Positions 9,719 through 20,264 of a DNA stretch of 64,000 nucleotides are shown one piece after another. A model generated the notes under the pieces. That model was not told the origin of the DNA. It did no database searches and was given only the letters and a program-made list of their open reading frames with translations. This DNA is from Lacipirellulaceae bacterium (GTDB lineage: Bacteria > Planctomycetota > Planctomycetia > Pirellulales > Lacipirellulaceae). The stretch is from the NCBI GenBank assembly GCA_963753855.1, contig CAVWDV010000003.1:14528-78527 (forward strand), written 5' to 3'. The translations under genes were made by a program, and so were the position numbers. The number at the start of each line of letters is the position of its first letter. Within the stretch, counting starts at the first letter, position 1.

Positions 9719-10496
9719 TCAAATTCCGCTACCTTGTTGCTCCACCGAGTGGAGCCCGCACTCCGTCTTGGCCGTTCCGCTCCAGCGACCGGCGCGCTCG
9801 TCACCCTCGCCGTCAATCACCGCCCGCGTGCAAGGCCAGCAGCCAATACTCGGGTAGCCTTGATCATGCATGGGATTGTATGGGATCTTCTCATTGACAA
9901 TGCGCGTCCAAACCTCTTGCTTGGTCGAATTGGCGAGCGGGCTGATCTTCACCAGGTTGAATTTCTTGTCCCATCCAACAATGGCCGCCTGCCGCACGGT
10001 CGGAACTTTGATCGCGGCGAATGCCACTCATCCACGCCGTCCGCCCTGCAAGTCCACGGTGGAGCACTTTGATCTTGCGATCGAAGCAGCATTGATTCGG
10101 ATTCGTCTTGTACAGGGGGCCGTCATGCTCGGCCTCGTACTCGGGCACCGATAGCTCCGGCTTAAGCATTTCCACCTCGATACCGTATTGCTCCGCAATG
10201 CGATCGCGCAGGTCGAGCGTTGCTTGGAACTGGTAGCCTGTATCCAAGTTAAAGACGTAAGTCGTCGGCGCCACCTTGGCAAGCATCGACAAAATTAGGC
10301 ATCCCTCCGGCCCAAACGCCGTGGCCATCGTCAGCCCGCTGCCAAACCGCTCGGCTCCCCAGGAAATGATCTCCTCGGGCGAGGCGGTTTCCAGCCGGGC
10401 GCTGTGTTCAGCTAGCTCCGCTAAGAAATCGGGCGTAGGTTCTACCATGGCGTCAGTAGCCGACGGGGTCGTGAGATTCGCTGTGGCAAGGCTCAT
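9719..10496 (-). CDS. cysH: PAPS/APS reductase (frameshift near 10000)
   Basis: TAFG, LDTGYQF, QCCFDRK, GIRRDQS, YNPMHDQGYPSIGCWPCT, ERAGRW, KTECGLH. The CC plus CxxC motifs indicate the Fe-S APS-reductase type. Confidence 0.9.
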
Positions 10497-10709
10497 CGCG
10501 ATAGGCTCCAAAATCGAATCTTAGCCAGCTATGCGTGGCGCGGCCCTAATGTTACGTAAGTTGCTAAACAAAGTCAACTATAGAACTCCATCGGCCTAAT
10601 CGCACGATTCTGCAACCCGTATCGATGAAACCAGCTGCACCCCGCCAAGGCACTCCCGGTGCACCACACTCGGATTGCCGCACCCCCGAGGCGTGATTGC
10701 CGCGCCTGC

Positions 10710-11294
10710 TCAATGCTTGTGTCCCTGCCCATGCCACAACGAGGCTTCGGTGGTCACCCCCTGCAGCGCACGCGCAATCTGGGCGGTAAGGCGAAGTGCT
10801 TCGTCGAGCGCCGTGGCCCATGGCCCGCTGCGGGCCCGATGCCAACCAGCCCTGGCCCGCGCGATGGCGGGGCCTGCTCCGGCATCGTCGGTGGCCGCAA
10901 GCGGGTCGGCGGGCAGCCGGTCGTAATACGATCGAAATCTCGTGGTCGCGGCAAAGAACTCGCGCATGCCGTACCGATCCGCTAGCGCTGCCTGCACCCG
11001 CAGGCAGGCATGTTCGTGGACCTTCGCCTCTAGGTTGGAGGTGTCGATACCCCAGTCCAGACGATGCACGCTATCGGGCCCTTCGCAAAGGGCGTGACAT
11101 ACTTCGTGCAGAATCATCTGGGCCAGGCAGTCGTCGGGATCCAACGTCTCCGGCGTACCAATGGTAAGGGTTCCCTCTCCATCCCACGAGGCGTTGACCT
11201 CGGCGCTGCGTGCAATTCGCATGTTCATTTGCCGAGCGGCATGGATCCAGACAAGCGTCAGGGGATCGTCGTACGTTTTTTCGATGCTTCGCAC
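10710..11294 (-). CDS. hypothetical protein with HExxH motif
   Basis: YDDPLTLVW...LAQMILHEVCHAL; start codon uncertain (GTG near 11294). Confidence 0.6.
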   Translation of the reverse strand: MRSIEKTYDDPLTLVWIHAARQMNMRIARSAEVNASWDGEGTLTIGTPETLDPDDCLAQMILHEVCHALCEGPDSVHRLDWGIDTSNLEAKVHEHACLRVQAALADRYGMREFFAATTRFRSYYDRLPADPLAATDDAGAGPAIARARAGWHRARSGPWATALDEALRLTAQIARALQGVTTEASLWHGQGHKH

Positions 11295-11408
11295 GGAGGT
11301 TCCCCGGGGCGTGGCGGGTTGACGAGTTGTGTGGGCAGTTGTGCTAGCGGATGTTCTCTGGTGTGCCCAAGAGTTGCGCTCACCATATTTCGGGGTCGGC
11401 AATCGCAC

Positions 11409-12467
11409 TTAGGCGCCAGCCAAATCGCGTCGCTTCGCCCCCATGAGTTGCAGGAGCGCTTTTTGGGGATCGGCAAATTTCTGAATGCCTTCGGCCATGA
11501 GTGTTGCTTCGAGGTGCTGCATGTCGACTTTGGCATCGATTTCGGCCAGCACGTCGCGTCCGGGGAGTTTGTCGACCCTTCGCGTGAACTCAAGTCCGCT
11601 TTCCTGCACCGCTACATTCGTGGCAGGAGGATTCGTTTGAATATCGCTGCCGGCCAGCGCTGCGACGTACTTCCAGGCGGGATCTTCGGGTCTCTTGCTG
11701 CCGGTGCTAGCAAACACCATTTCCTGGGCGAGCGGAAGCCGCTTGTTAGACCAGAAAGCCTGATTGTTGGCCCACATCCGTTTGGCATTCACAATGCCCA
11801 CTTGCCCTTGGGCAGCAGCCGATAGCTCGGGCACATGCTTTTCGGTGTACACGTCGACGCGGGAGATGAAGATGCTGTAGACGCTCTTGAAATGGTCGAG
11901 TGAGTGCCGATGCCGGGCACCACGCCAAATGGCTTCGCGAGCTTGTTCGTATTGGCGCTCCGTGAAAATGAGCGTCACGTTCAACGGAACTCCGGCAGTG
12001 GCCAGCGATTCAAGCGATTCGATACCGGCCGGCGTTGCCGGCACCTTGATCATGCGATTGCGGTGCTCGCTGCTCCACCGCTTGCCAAGCTCGATGTACC
12101 GCTCGACCCGCTCGCTCGAGGACATGTCTTGCTCGGGATCCTCCAGCAGAGGATCGAGTTCGAAACTCACGTAGCCATCATTGCCAGCAGTCGTCTGCCA
12201 GACGGGGGCGAACACGCGTTCGGCGGCCGAAACCATCTGATCGGTAAGTCGCCACGCCACGTCGTCGTCGGCCAGTTCTCCTGGGCCGAGTAACTCGGCA
12301 AGTTGGCCGTCAAAACGCCCCGACTTTACCAGGTCGGCGACGATAATCGGATTGGACGTAGCACCTGTAGCCCCCATTGCATGGTTTTCGCGGACGAGCT
12401 CGGGGTCGATGGAATCAAGCCAGAGTTTTGTTCCGCAGGCAATCAGCGATTCGAGGGGCGAGGGCAT
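11409..12467 (-). CDS. tal: transaldolase
   Basis: LWLDS, GATSNP, VSFELDP, MIKVPAT (Schiff-base Lys), [21 protein letters not shown]. Confidence 0.92.
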   Translation of the reverse strand: MPSPLESLIACGTKLWLDSIDPELVRENHAMGATGATSNPIIVADLVKSGRFDGQLAELLGPGELADDDVAWRLTDQMVSAAERVFAPVWQTTAGNDGYVSFELDPLLEDPEQDMSSSERVERYIELGKRWSSEHRNRMIKVPATPAGIESLESLATAGVPLNVTLIFTERQYEQAREAIWRGARHRHSLDHFKSVYSIFISRVDVYTEKHVPELSAAAQGQVGIVNAKRMWANNQAFWSNKRLPLAQEMVFASTGSKRPEDPAWKYVAALAGSDIQTNPPATNVAVQESGLEFTRRVDKLPGRDVLAEIDAKVDMQHLEATLMAEGIQKFADPQKALLQLMGAKRRDLAGA

Positions 12468-12789
12468 CGTTCAACTCCTTGCAAGCTGTCGTCATTTGTT
12501 GGGCAGGGTGGTCGCCACGTGCGTCCAGGTAAGCTGGGAAGCCATCGGCGACCTTAAGCATCCTGCCGGTTTAGGCGTTTCGTACGATTCTAGCAGTAAT
12601 TCCTGCATTGCGGATTGCGAAAGGACGATGATCCCTTGCAGGTGGACTCACCGCGCGTCCCTAGGGGGGCCTCGAAGATCAAGGGCGACAGGCGTCTCGG
12701 CTCGTACTTGCCGAGATTCCCGTGTCCTATCCAGACGATCTTCGCCGGCCTGATTGAATTAGGGCACGGGACGACAGGAGAATCAATCC

Positions 12790-14058
12790 GTGACCAGGCA
12801 AACAAATACAACTATTTCGACTTCGTGGGCTATCGCTGCGCTGCTGGCCATTTCGTCGGCAGCCGCACAGGATCTCACCATGCCGCCTACGGCGATGGGA
12901 GGGGAGCCTACATTGGCATCGCCCGAGGCAATTCCCGTTGGGCCAGCCGGCGACGAGTTGTCGTACGTACCCGGGGAATCGATGTTGGCACCCGCCCCGC
13001 AGGACTTCCACGACTACGACGATCAGCAAATGCTGAGCGAGTGTAACAACGACATCTGGGGAGGACAGCCCGCGCTGACCGAAAGTACGGGAAGCTGGCT
13101 CCGCCGCGGATTTTGGTACGCGGAACTCGATGCGGTAGTGCTCAATCGTATGTGGAACCGCGACGATAAGGTGCTGGCGAGCGATACCACGGCGGTCCGT
13201 CGGCTGCACCTGATGCGTACGGATCCCGGTGCAGAAGGATCGGTTCGCCTGACGTTGGGCCGATTCTTGTTCCGCGACGTCCGCAACCGCGATCACACCA
13301 TGGAATTCGTCGCCTTTGGCGGTGGAGAAGCGTCGCAGGACGACACCCTCACCAGCGCCGTGGATGGCCAAACGCTCGAAGTCCCCTTCGGGATTGACTT
13401 CTTCAATCTATCGTTCGACGGCGCGGAGACGATGCACATCGACTACGACAGCCGGTTTAAGAGTTTCGAGATCAACTATCGTGTGAAAGAGCGGATGCGG
13501 CGCGACCGCATGGTGCTCACACCCAGCGGCGAATGGGTTCGCACCGCGAACCACGGCGTTACCAAGCAGTACCTTGCAGGCCTGCGGTATTTTAACCTCG
13601 AGGACGACCTCATCTGGCGGGCGACCAACATCGCCACCTTTGCTGGGGAAGACGGTACCTACCGGGTGAATACGAGCAACGACATGTTTGGTTTCCAGTT
13701 GGGCTGTAGCCTGCTCTTCGAGCACGACCGCTGGAACCTGGAAGTCGGTGGCAAGGGCGGGCCGTACGTCAACGACATCCGGGCCGATTCGGCGATGACC
13801 ATTACCAACGATCCGACAGACAGCTTTGTGAAGAACAATGGCGAGAAATCGCTCGCCTTTGTCGGCGAGTTCCAATTGATCGGCCGCTATCACCTGCGGC
13901 CCAACGTCTCGCTGCGAGCCGGTTGGCAGATGATGTACATCACCAGCGTTGCTCTGGCGCCCAATCAAATCGATTTTTCGCCCGATGAGGGGCGATTCCC
14001 TTACTCAGGCGACCCATTTTACAACGGTGCCATTTTCGGTTTGGAGAGTTATTGGTAG
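12790..14058 (+). CDS. planctomycete outer-membrane beta-barrel (BBP7-like)
   Basis: Signal peptide, Pro-rich N-terminus, AGLRYFNL, NDMFGFQLG, SLRAGW, ALAPNQI, terminal aromatic strand FYNGAIFGLESYW. Confidence 0.7.
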   Translation: MTRQTNTTISTSWAIAALLAISSAAAQDLTMPPTAMGGEPTLASPEAIPVGPAGDELSYVPGESMLAPAPQDFHDYDDQQMLSECNNDIWGGQPALTESTGSWLRRGFWYAELDAVVLNRMWNRDDKVLASDTTAVRRLHLMRTDPGAEGSVRLTLGRFLFRDVRNRDHTMEFVAFGGGEASQDDTLTSAVDGQTLEVPFGIDFFNLSFDGAETMHIDYDSRFKSFEINYRVKERMRRDRMVLTPSGEWVRTANHGVTKQYLAGLRYFNLEDDLIWRATNIATFAGEDGTYRVNTSNDMFGFQLGCSLLFEHDRWNLEVGGKGGPYVNDIRADSAMTITNDPTDSFVKNNGEKSLAFVGEFQLIGRYHLRPNVSLRAGWQMMYITSVALAPNQIDFSPDEGRFPYSGDPFYNGAIFGLESYW

Positions 14059-14156
14059 GCTAAAGCAGTTATTCTGCTCCGCCATGGGAGCAAACAGCCG
14101 GCGACTAGCTGCCTGCACCGTTTGCCCGCCGACGTCCCTCCAACCTGTCCGCCTGC

Positions 14157-17100
14157 ATGGACCGCCCCACCTTCTTCGACCGCCGCCCGCTTGGCATCCC
14201 CAATTACTTGGCGATTGCATTGGTGGCCGTCATGCTGGTGGCGGTCATTCCGCGGGGTGCGCGGAAGGCGCTGGAAACCAACACAAACAAGGTCGAAGAC
14301 TGGTTGCCGGCCAGTTATAGCGAATCGCTCGACCTCGCTTGGTTTCGTCAACAGTTCGGCAACGAAGCATTTATTGTCGCGAGCTGGGAAGGCTGCACCC
14401 TCGCCAACGCCGAGCGGTTGCGGCTGCTGGCCGACAAACTCACCGCAGAGCCGCTAACCTCTGCCATCGCAAGCGCCGCCCGCGTGACGCCCCATGCTGA
14501 TCGGCGATTATTCACTCGGGTCGTCACAGGCCCGGGCATGATCGACGAGTTGACCGAGGGGCCGGCGCGGCTCGACCGCGAGCAGGCGATTGCCCGACTT
14601 GAGGGTGCCTTCGTCGGTCCGCCGCTGACCGAGGGTGACGACCTGAGTCGTACAACCTGCCTGATGGCCTACCTCAGCCCCCAGGCGACGATCAACAATC
14701 GCTCGATGCGTTTGGCCATCGAACGCCTGGAAGAGATCGCTAAGACCGAATGTGGCGTAACGGCCGACGCCATTCACCTTGGTGGCCCACCGGTCGACAA
14801 CGTAGCAATCGACATCGAGGGCGAAAAGACCCTCCGCTCGCTCGCCGGTTTGTCTGGCTTGGTGGGACTACTGCTTGCCTACACGTGTTTTCGCAATATC
14901 CGTTTAACGGGCATGGTCCTTGTGGTCGCCATACTCGCCGCCGGCGCCAGCCTGGCGATGGTGTTCTACTACGGCGCGTTCGAAGTGCTCGTGATGGGCG
15001 CAGTAACGCCACGACTCGGCAAACTCGACGCCATTTTAATGTCCATGCCAGCGGTGGTTTACGTGCTGGGACTCTCCGGCGCGATCCACTTGGTGAATTA
15101 CTATCGCGACGCCGTGCAGGCAGGCGGTCGCCGGGGGGCAGCGGAACGCGCCGTGCGGATGGCACTCGTGCCGTGCGCGGTCGCATCCCTAACCACCGCC
15201 ATTGGCTTGGCATCGCTGGCCAGCAGCGACATCCTACCCATCGAAAAATTTGGCGTCTTCAGCGCAATTGGGGTGATGCTCGCGCTGGGGCTATTATTCG
15301 GCCTCTTGCCAGTCGCCCTGCATCGATTCGCCCCGCCAACCGAGGCACCCGCCGCGGGCGATGCGCCGGGCCGCCTGCCCGGTTGGGCGCGTGGCATGGC
15401 CGAAGTAATATGCCGCCACCATGGATGGGTCGCTGCGGGTGGTGGAGCCGTCATGGTGCTGTTCGCGCTTGGTTTGCCCAGGATCGAGTCGTCGGTCAAG
15501 CTCATAAAACTCCTTCATCCGGAAGCCGATCTGGTGCAGGACTACCAGTGGCTCGAAGCCCATCTGGGAAATCTGGTGCCCATGGAAGTCGTGGTTGCCG
15601 TGCCTGCGGCGATGCAACGTGGTGTCAACGAACATCCCGAGGCGGGTGGAACGCATTATCGCATGACCACCTACGAGCGAATGATGCTGTCCCGCCGTGT
15701 GAGCCGCCAACTCGAAGTGCTGGCTCCCGTCAGCCGCGCGCTCAACGCGTCGACTTTTGCGCCGAGCGAATTCGACTCGCGATCGCCGTCCAATCGCCGC
15801 ACCCATGAATACATTGTTAGTCAGGCGATCGATAAGAATCGAGCACAACTGGCTGAATTTTTAGCGTACGAACGCACCGACCCACCCAGCATCGCCACCG
15901 GCGCACGCGAATTGTGGCGATCGAGTGCGCGAATCGCCGCGCTCGACGATATCGACTACGGCCAGTTTGTCACCGAATTGAAAGAGGCTGTTGCGCCAGT
16001 GCTTGCTGCGTACCAGGCCCGCAGCGAGCTTGTCGCCAATCTCGCGGCGGCAGGTAAGCAGCTCGCCGGCGCACAAGTGTTGTTCATTGTGCCGAGCGAC
16101 TTCACCGCTGCCGACGCCCTGTTTGCCGAGTTGCTCCGCGAAGCAGGCGTTAATACCGTTGTTGATGGTCGCCGCGGAAAAATGTCGACCGTCCGTGTCG
16201 AAGACCTCGCCAACCTAACGGCCGAAGATCGTGCGCGACTGGCGACACGCGATGCTATTGTCACGCTCAGTCCAGCGGTCGCGGAGCAACTCGCCCAAGG
16301 TAAGGTCGATCCCGTCGTGCTGCTTGGCGAAGCCAGTGAAGGCGGTGCCCAGCTCACGGCCGTGTTTACTGGCGTCGTTCCGCTGGTCTATAAGACACAA
16401 CGCGAGTTACTCGTCAGCTTACAACAAAGCTTGGCCATGGCAACCGTACTGATCGCCGGCGTGCTGGTGGTGTTGCTTCGCAGCCTAGGCGGCGGGCTGG
16501 CTTCGATGATTCCCAACCTGTTCCCCATCATCGTCGTCTTCGGCGCACTCGGGTGGCTTGGCATTTCGGTTGACATCGGCATCATGATGACCGCCAGCGT
16601 GGCGCTTGGCGTCGCTGTCGACGATACCATCCACTTCGTTAGTTGGTTCCGCCGCGGATTAAGCATGGGACTATCGCGACACGAAGCGGCCATCGAAGCC
16701 TACGAGCGATGCGCAACGGCCATGGTGCAAACCACGCTGATTGCCGGCTTGGGTCTTGCCGTGTTTGCATTCAGTACGTTTACACCAACGCAACAGTTTG
16801 GCTACTTGATGGTCACCATCCTCACCGCCGCGCTCATCGGCGACCTGGTGCTGCTGCCGGCCATGTTGGTGGGCCCCATCGGTCGGCTTTTTCCCGCCGC
16901 CCGTCGATCGCCTACCGACCTGTCCGATAGAGCTGCCACAGCGGATGACCCAATGTCTGCCCAAACGACCTCGATTCCGTCGCCGCAGCCGGTCGCGGCT
17001 CCTGCACAAGAAGTCGATTCGCCAGGCCCCAAAATCATGGCCCGAGTCGACACGACGTCCGACGCTCCAATTCCGCCAACCCCTTCGTCGGAGAGCCCTC

Positions 17101-17210
17101 AACGTACGGTTGAGCAATCTCATGAAACGCTCTCGCCCGCCAACGCAGCCCTGCGTGCAAAGCTCCGCTCCTTCCGCCGCGACGCCGCGCAGGACGAAAC
17201 CTTGCGTTGA
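14157..17210 (+). CDS. MMPL/RND family transporter
   Basis: Two TM bundles with periplasmic loops; GGPPVDN, ALGVAVDDTIHF, TTLIAGLG, FTPTQQFG. Confidence 0.88.
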   Translation: MDRPTFFDRRPLGIPNYLAIALVAVMLVAVIPRGARKALETNTNKVEDWLPASYSESLDLAWFRQQFGNEAFIVASWEGCTLANAERLRLLADKLTAEPLTSAIASAARVTPHADRRLFTRVVTGPGMIDELTEGPARLDREQAIARLEGAFVGPPLTEGDDLSRTTCLMAYLSPQATINNRSMRLAIERLEEIAKTECGVTADAIHLGGPPVDNVAIDIEGEKTLRSLAGLSGLVGLLLAYTCFRNIRLTGMVLVVAILAAGASLAMVFYYGAFEVLVMGAVTPRLGKLDAILMSMPAVVYVLGLSGAIHLVNYYRDAVQAGGRRGAAERAVRMALVPCAVASLTTAIGLASLASSDILPIEKFGVFSAIGVMLALGLLFGLLPVALHRFAPPTEAPAAGDAPGRLPGWARGMAEVICRHHGWVAAGGGAVMVLFALGLPRIESSVKLIKLLHPEADLVQDYQWLEAHLGNLVPMEVVVAVPAAMQRGVNEHPEAGGTHYRMTTYERMMLSRRVSRQLEVLAPVSRALNASTFAPSEFDSRSPSNRRTHEYIVSQAIDKNRAQLAEFLAYERTDPPSIATGARELWRSSARIAALDDIDYGQFVTELKEAVAPVLAAYQARSELVANLAAAGKQLAGAQVLFIVPSDFTAADALFAELLREAGVNTVVDGRRGKMSTVRVEDLANLTAEDRARLATRDAIVTLSPAVAEQLAQGKVDPVVLLGEASEGGAQLTAVFTGVVPLVYKTQRELLVSLQQSLAMATVLIAGVLVVLLRSLGGGLASMIPNLFPIIVVFGALGWLGISVDIGIMMTASVALGVAVDDTIHFVSWFRRGLSMGLSRHEAAIEAYERCATAMVQTTLIAGLGLAVFAFSTFTPTQQFGYLMVTILTAALIGDLVLLPAMLVGPIGRLFPAARRSPTDLSDRAATADDPMSAQTTSIPSPQPVAAPAQEVDSPGPKIMARVDTTSDAPIPPTPSSESPQRTVEQSHETLSPANAALRAKLRSFRRDAAQDETLR

Positions 17211-17416
17211 AGGCCCCCGAGCCAGGCACCGCTCCGCACGCCGCTTGGGCCATGAGGGGAACAACAACCGCCATCACTCAGAAAGCCCCTTCTTCTACGC
17301 GAGTTACCTCCAATCGCTTTGCAAGCAAGGCGTCCAGAACCCCTGGCAACTGGCGAGCCGGATGATATATTGAACGACTTGGAGGCCTCCCCCACTGGGG
17401 CAACTCCTCCACCCGA

Positions 17417-17490
<74 letters not shown>

Positions 17491-17600
17491 CTCATTGTAA
17501 ACCGTTTGGCGTTCGGCATTTAGCGAAACCTACCGACGTTCGGTAGCGCTGCCTATAAGCGGCTTTTTAAGGGTAGTCTTACCCTAGAAAGGTTGCAGGC

Positions 17601-18827
17601 ATGCCACGCAAGCCTAAAATTCCTGCCTATTCGCTTCACAAGCCATCCGGACTTGCTGTTGTGAAGGTCAAGCAGCGGTCCATCTACCTCGGCGAGTACG
17701 GCTCCGACGAAAGCCGTGAAGCCTATGCCCGCATCATCGCGGATCTGCTGGCTGGTCGCCCCATCACGCCACAAGCGGCACCGAAAAAGGGTAATCCTAC
17801 CCTACTTCCAACCATCACCGTTGCCGAATTGGCGGCCCAATTCCGCAGGTACGCCGAGGGCTACTATCGCAAGGGCGGCGACATCACCAGCGAGGTCTAC
17901 ATCGTTCGCAGGGCGATGGAGTTCCTGCTTGCGGATCACGCCGGACTGCCGGTGGCAGAGTTCACCATCGGTGACTTAAAGGTAGTCCGCCAAGCCATCG
18001 TCGAAACTGGGGTTTCGCGGACCGTTGCCAACAAATACATCGGACGCATCAAGCGGGCATTTACCTGGGGAGCGACCGAAGAACTAGTCCCCGCATCGGT
18101 GCCCCATGCTCTGTTGCTGCTCCCCGGCTTGAAGGCAGGCAGAACCGCAGCGAAGGAAACACTTCCGGTTCAGCCCGTGGGTGTCGATGTCGTGGAGGCG
18201 ACCGTAAAGCGCGTTAACAACATCGTCGCCGATATGGTCAAGCTGCAATTGCTGACTGGCATGCGACCGGATGAGGTTTGCACTATTCGCCCCGTGGATA
18301 TCGACCGCAGCAGCGAAGTGTGGGAGTACAACGTCGATGGTCACAAGACGGAACACCACGGTAAACGCCGTACGGTATTCATCGGTCCCGTTGGACAGGC
18401 GATTCTAACGCCGTATCTGCTACGTCCTGAGGAGGAGTATTGCTTTCGTCCCAAGCGACATACGCCGGTCCCCAGGGCAAAGCGACGGTATCGGGTGGAC
18501 TCGTACCGCCAGGCAATAAAGCGTGCTGCTAAGCGTGCTGGTGTGCCCCACTGGTCGCCAAACCAATTACGCCACACTGCCGCAACCGAGGTTCGCAAGC
18601 GGTTCGGACTTGAGACAGTCCAAGTGGTGCTAGGTCACAGCAAGGCAAATACAACTGAGCTTTACGCTGAGCGTGACGTCGCCAAGGGAATCGAAGTGGT
18701 GTCGCCAAATTGGCTAAGATTGTGTTACTCCACTTGCCGGGTTTGCGGTTCGCTACCGCACAGACCAGCGGTTCATCGTGGCTCGCACTTTCGCCACGGT
18801 AGCCGTCGGTCGCCCGGCTCTAAATGA
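17601..18827 (+). CDS. tyrosine recombinase/integrase (natural stop probably 18717, masked by an indel)
   Basis: GMRPDE (R), HKTEH (K), NQLRH, LGHS, TELY; planctomycete-type N-terminus PAYSLHKPSGLAVV...IYLGEYGS. Confidence 0.93.
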   Translation: MPRKPKIPAYSLHKPSGLAVVKVKQRSIYLGEYGSDESREAYARIIADLLAGRPITPQAAPKKGNPTLLPTITVAELAAQFRRYAEGYYRKGGDITSEVYIVRRAMEFLLADHAGLPVAEFTIGDLKVVRQAIVETGVSRTVANKYIGRIKRAFTWGATEELVPASVPHALLLLPGLKAGRTAAKETLPVQPVGVDVVEATVKRVNNIVADMVKLQLLTGMRPDEVCTIRPVDIDRSSEVWEYNVDGHKTEHHGKRRTVFIGPVGQAILTPYLLRPEEEYCFRPKRHTPVPRAKRRYRVDSYRQAIKRAAKRAGVPHWSPNQLRHTAATEVRKRFGLETVQVVLGHSKANTTELYAERDVAKGIEVVSPNWLRLCYSTCRVCGSLPHRPAVHRGSHFRHGSRRSPGSK

Positions 18828-19565
18828 AAGTGAGCTTGTTGTGTCAAAACTGAAGGAAGTGGTTACGGAATACCTATTTGAAACATCCATAGGCGAGCCG
18901 TTCCTATCGGACGACGCTACCCTCACGGCAGGTGGTAGCGGCCCGCTGCTAATGCGAAGTGACGAGACGCTTGCGGAATATCTTGACCGGCTAATGGCGC
19001 GAGTTGTCAGTGTGGTTGTAACGGTCTTCGATGGTGACTTCAGTACGATTATGGAGCAGCTTGAAGCCAGTATTGAGAATATCAACGATCCAGACGCAAT
19101 TGAGAAGGAATTTGACGACGTTGCCTCCGCGTCGCCCGACAAGGTATTACGGCCCTTTCTGTGTTTTATGCTGGGTGGGTCGATCTGCGCGCAGTGCGCA
19201 AAATCAAAGCGGACTACCTTGAAACCGGTGTCAATAACGACCGCCTGCCCTCTCGGCTGATCGAACTCGCGACCTTGACGAGCATTCTCATGCTGTTTGT
19301 TGGCGATAGCGACAACGATGTTCTTAGCCTTGCGCAGAGGGTGGTGAAGGCGAGAGAACAGGCCAAAAGGGGCGGAATGAAAACTCGATTCGACAAGCGG
19401 AAATGCAGGAAGTGGTTTGACGAAGCAGTAAGCCTATATGGTACGGACAACATCGCGCGTATCGTCAACCACTTGAACAAGGCAAGGGACGCCAGCGAAC
19501 GAAAGTTTGGTCGAGAGGCCGTGAAGAATGAGTTAGTACGACGCGGACTAATTGCGGGTAACTAG
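18778..19565 (+). CDS. hypothetical protein of the element (two overlapping frames, probable indel near 19170)
   Basis: ORFs 18778-19260 and 19161-19565 join into one plausible protein; it occupies the usual regulator position between int and the excisionase-like gene. Confidence 0.5.
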
Positions 19566-19639
19566 TTAGTCGCAGGCAATTTATTGCGGGTAACTAGTTA
19601 GTCGCAAGCGCTATTGGATCGCTAACTAGAGCCCGCATT
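19551..19639. repeat. two 24-bp direct repeats plus a degenerate inverted copy (putative operators)
   Basis: ATTGCGGGTAACTAGTTAGTCGCA at 19551 and 19583, each with the palindromic core TAACTAGTTA; GCTAACTAGAGCCCGCATT at 19621. Confidence 0.8.
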
Positions 19640-19705
19640 GGGACAATGAAGCCAGACCCTACGGGGTTTGGCTTTTTTTGTTTCCCACGTGCAAGAGGTT
19701 TCGCA

Positions 19706-19951
19706 ATGCCGCAAACACCATTGACACTTCCCGAGCTGGACATCACCACCGACGAACCCCTCGAGCCCGTCGCCAAGATTGCCGAATCCTACACCGGCAC
19801 TCGCCCGCATCCGACGACCGTCGTGCGGCACTGCGGTCGTGGCGCTCAAGGCATCAAGCTGCCGAGTATTCTGGCCGGCGGACGCCGGATGACGAAGTGC
19901 TCGACATATCGTGCGTGGCTCCAAGCCGTCAACGACGCTCGCAATTCTTAG
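19706..19951 (+). CDS. DUF1580-like small wHTH protein (excisionase/AlpA-like)
   Basis: RPHPTTVVRHCGRGAQGIKLPSILAGGRRMT matches the planctomycete pattern PHxSTxxRWxxxGxxGxxL. Confidence 0.75.
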   Translation: MPQTPLTLPELDITTDEPLEPVAKIAESYTGTRPHPTTVVRHCGRGAQGIKLPSILAGGRRMTKCSTYRAWLQAVNDARNS

Positions 19952-19958
19952 TTCACTT

Positions 19959-19998
19959 CGCCCGCACCACTTGGCCAGTGGTGCCGGGCGTTTTTTTG
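19959..19998 (+). terminator. intrinsic terminator after the DUF1580 gene
   Basis: CGCCCGCACCAC-TTGGCCA-GTGGTGCCGGGCG followed by TTTTTTT. Confidence 0.7.
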
Positions 19999-20017
19999 TG
20001 GCCCAGGAGAACTTGCA

Positions 20018-20264
20018 ATGAGTGTCGTTTTCGAGGCCATCAACAGCGGCGTCGCCCGGAAGTGGAAGCCGGAGCACTCCAAGTACTTGAGGGGGCGGGA
20101 TGTCGTTATCGTGCCAGACAACGACGACGCCGGTCGTGCGCATGCCCGGGATGTTGCCCAGTCCCTCGATGGTATCGCCGACATCCGCTTTTCTTGAAGC
20201 GATGAATGCGGTCAATCGTGGGCGAGAATTGCTGAAGGAACTGGCGGGAGAATCCAAGCGATGA
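20018..20264 (+). CDS. small TOPRIM-fragment protein (stop at 20197, or an indel extending it to 20264)
   Basis: RBS AGGAGA; MSVVFEAINSGVARKWKPEHSKYLRGRDVVIVPDNDDAGRAHA contains the primase TOPRIM DxD strand. Confidence 0.6.
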
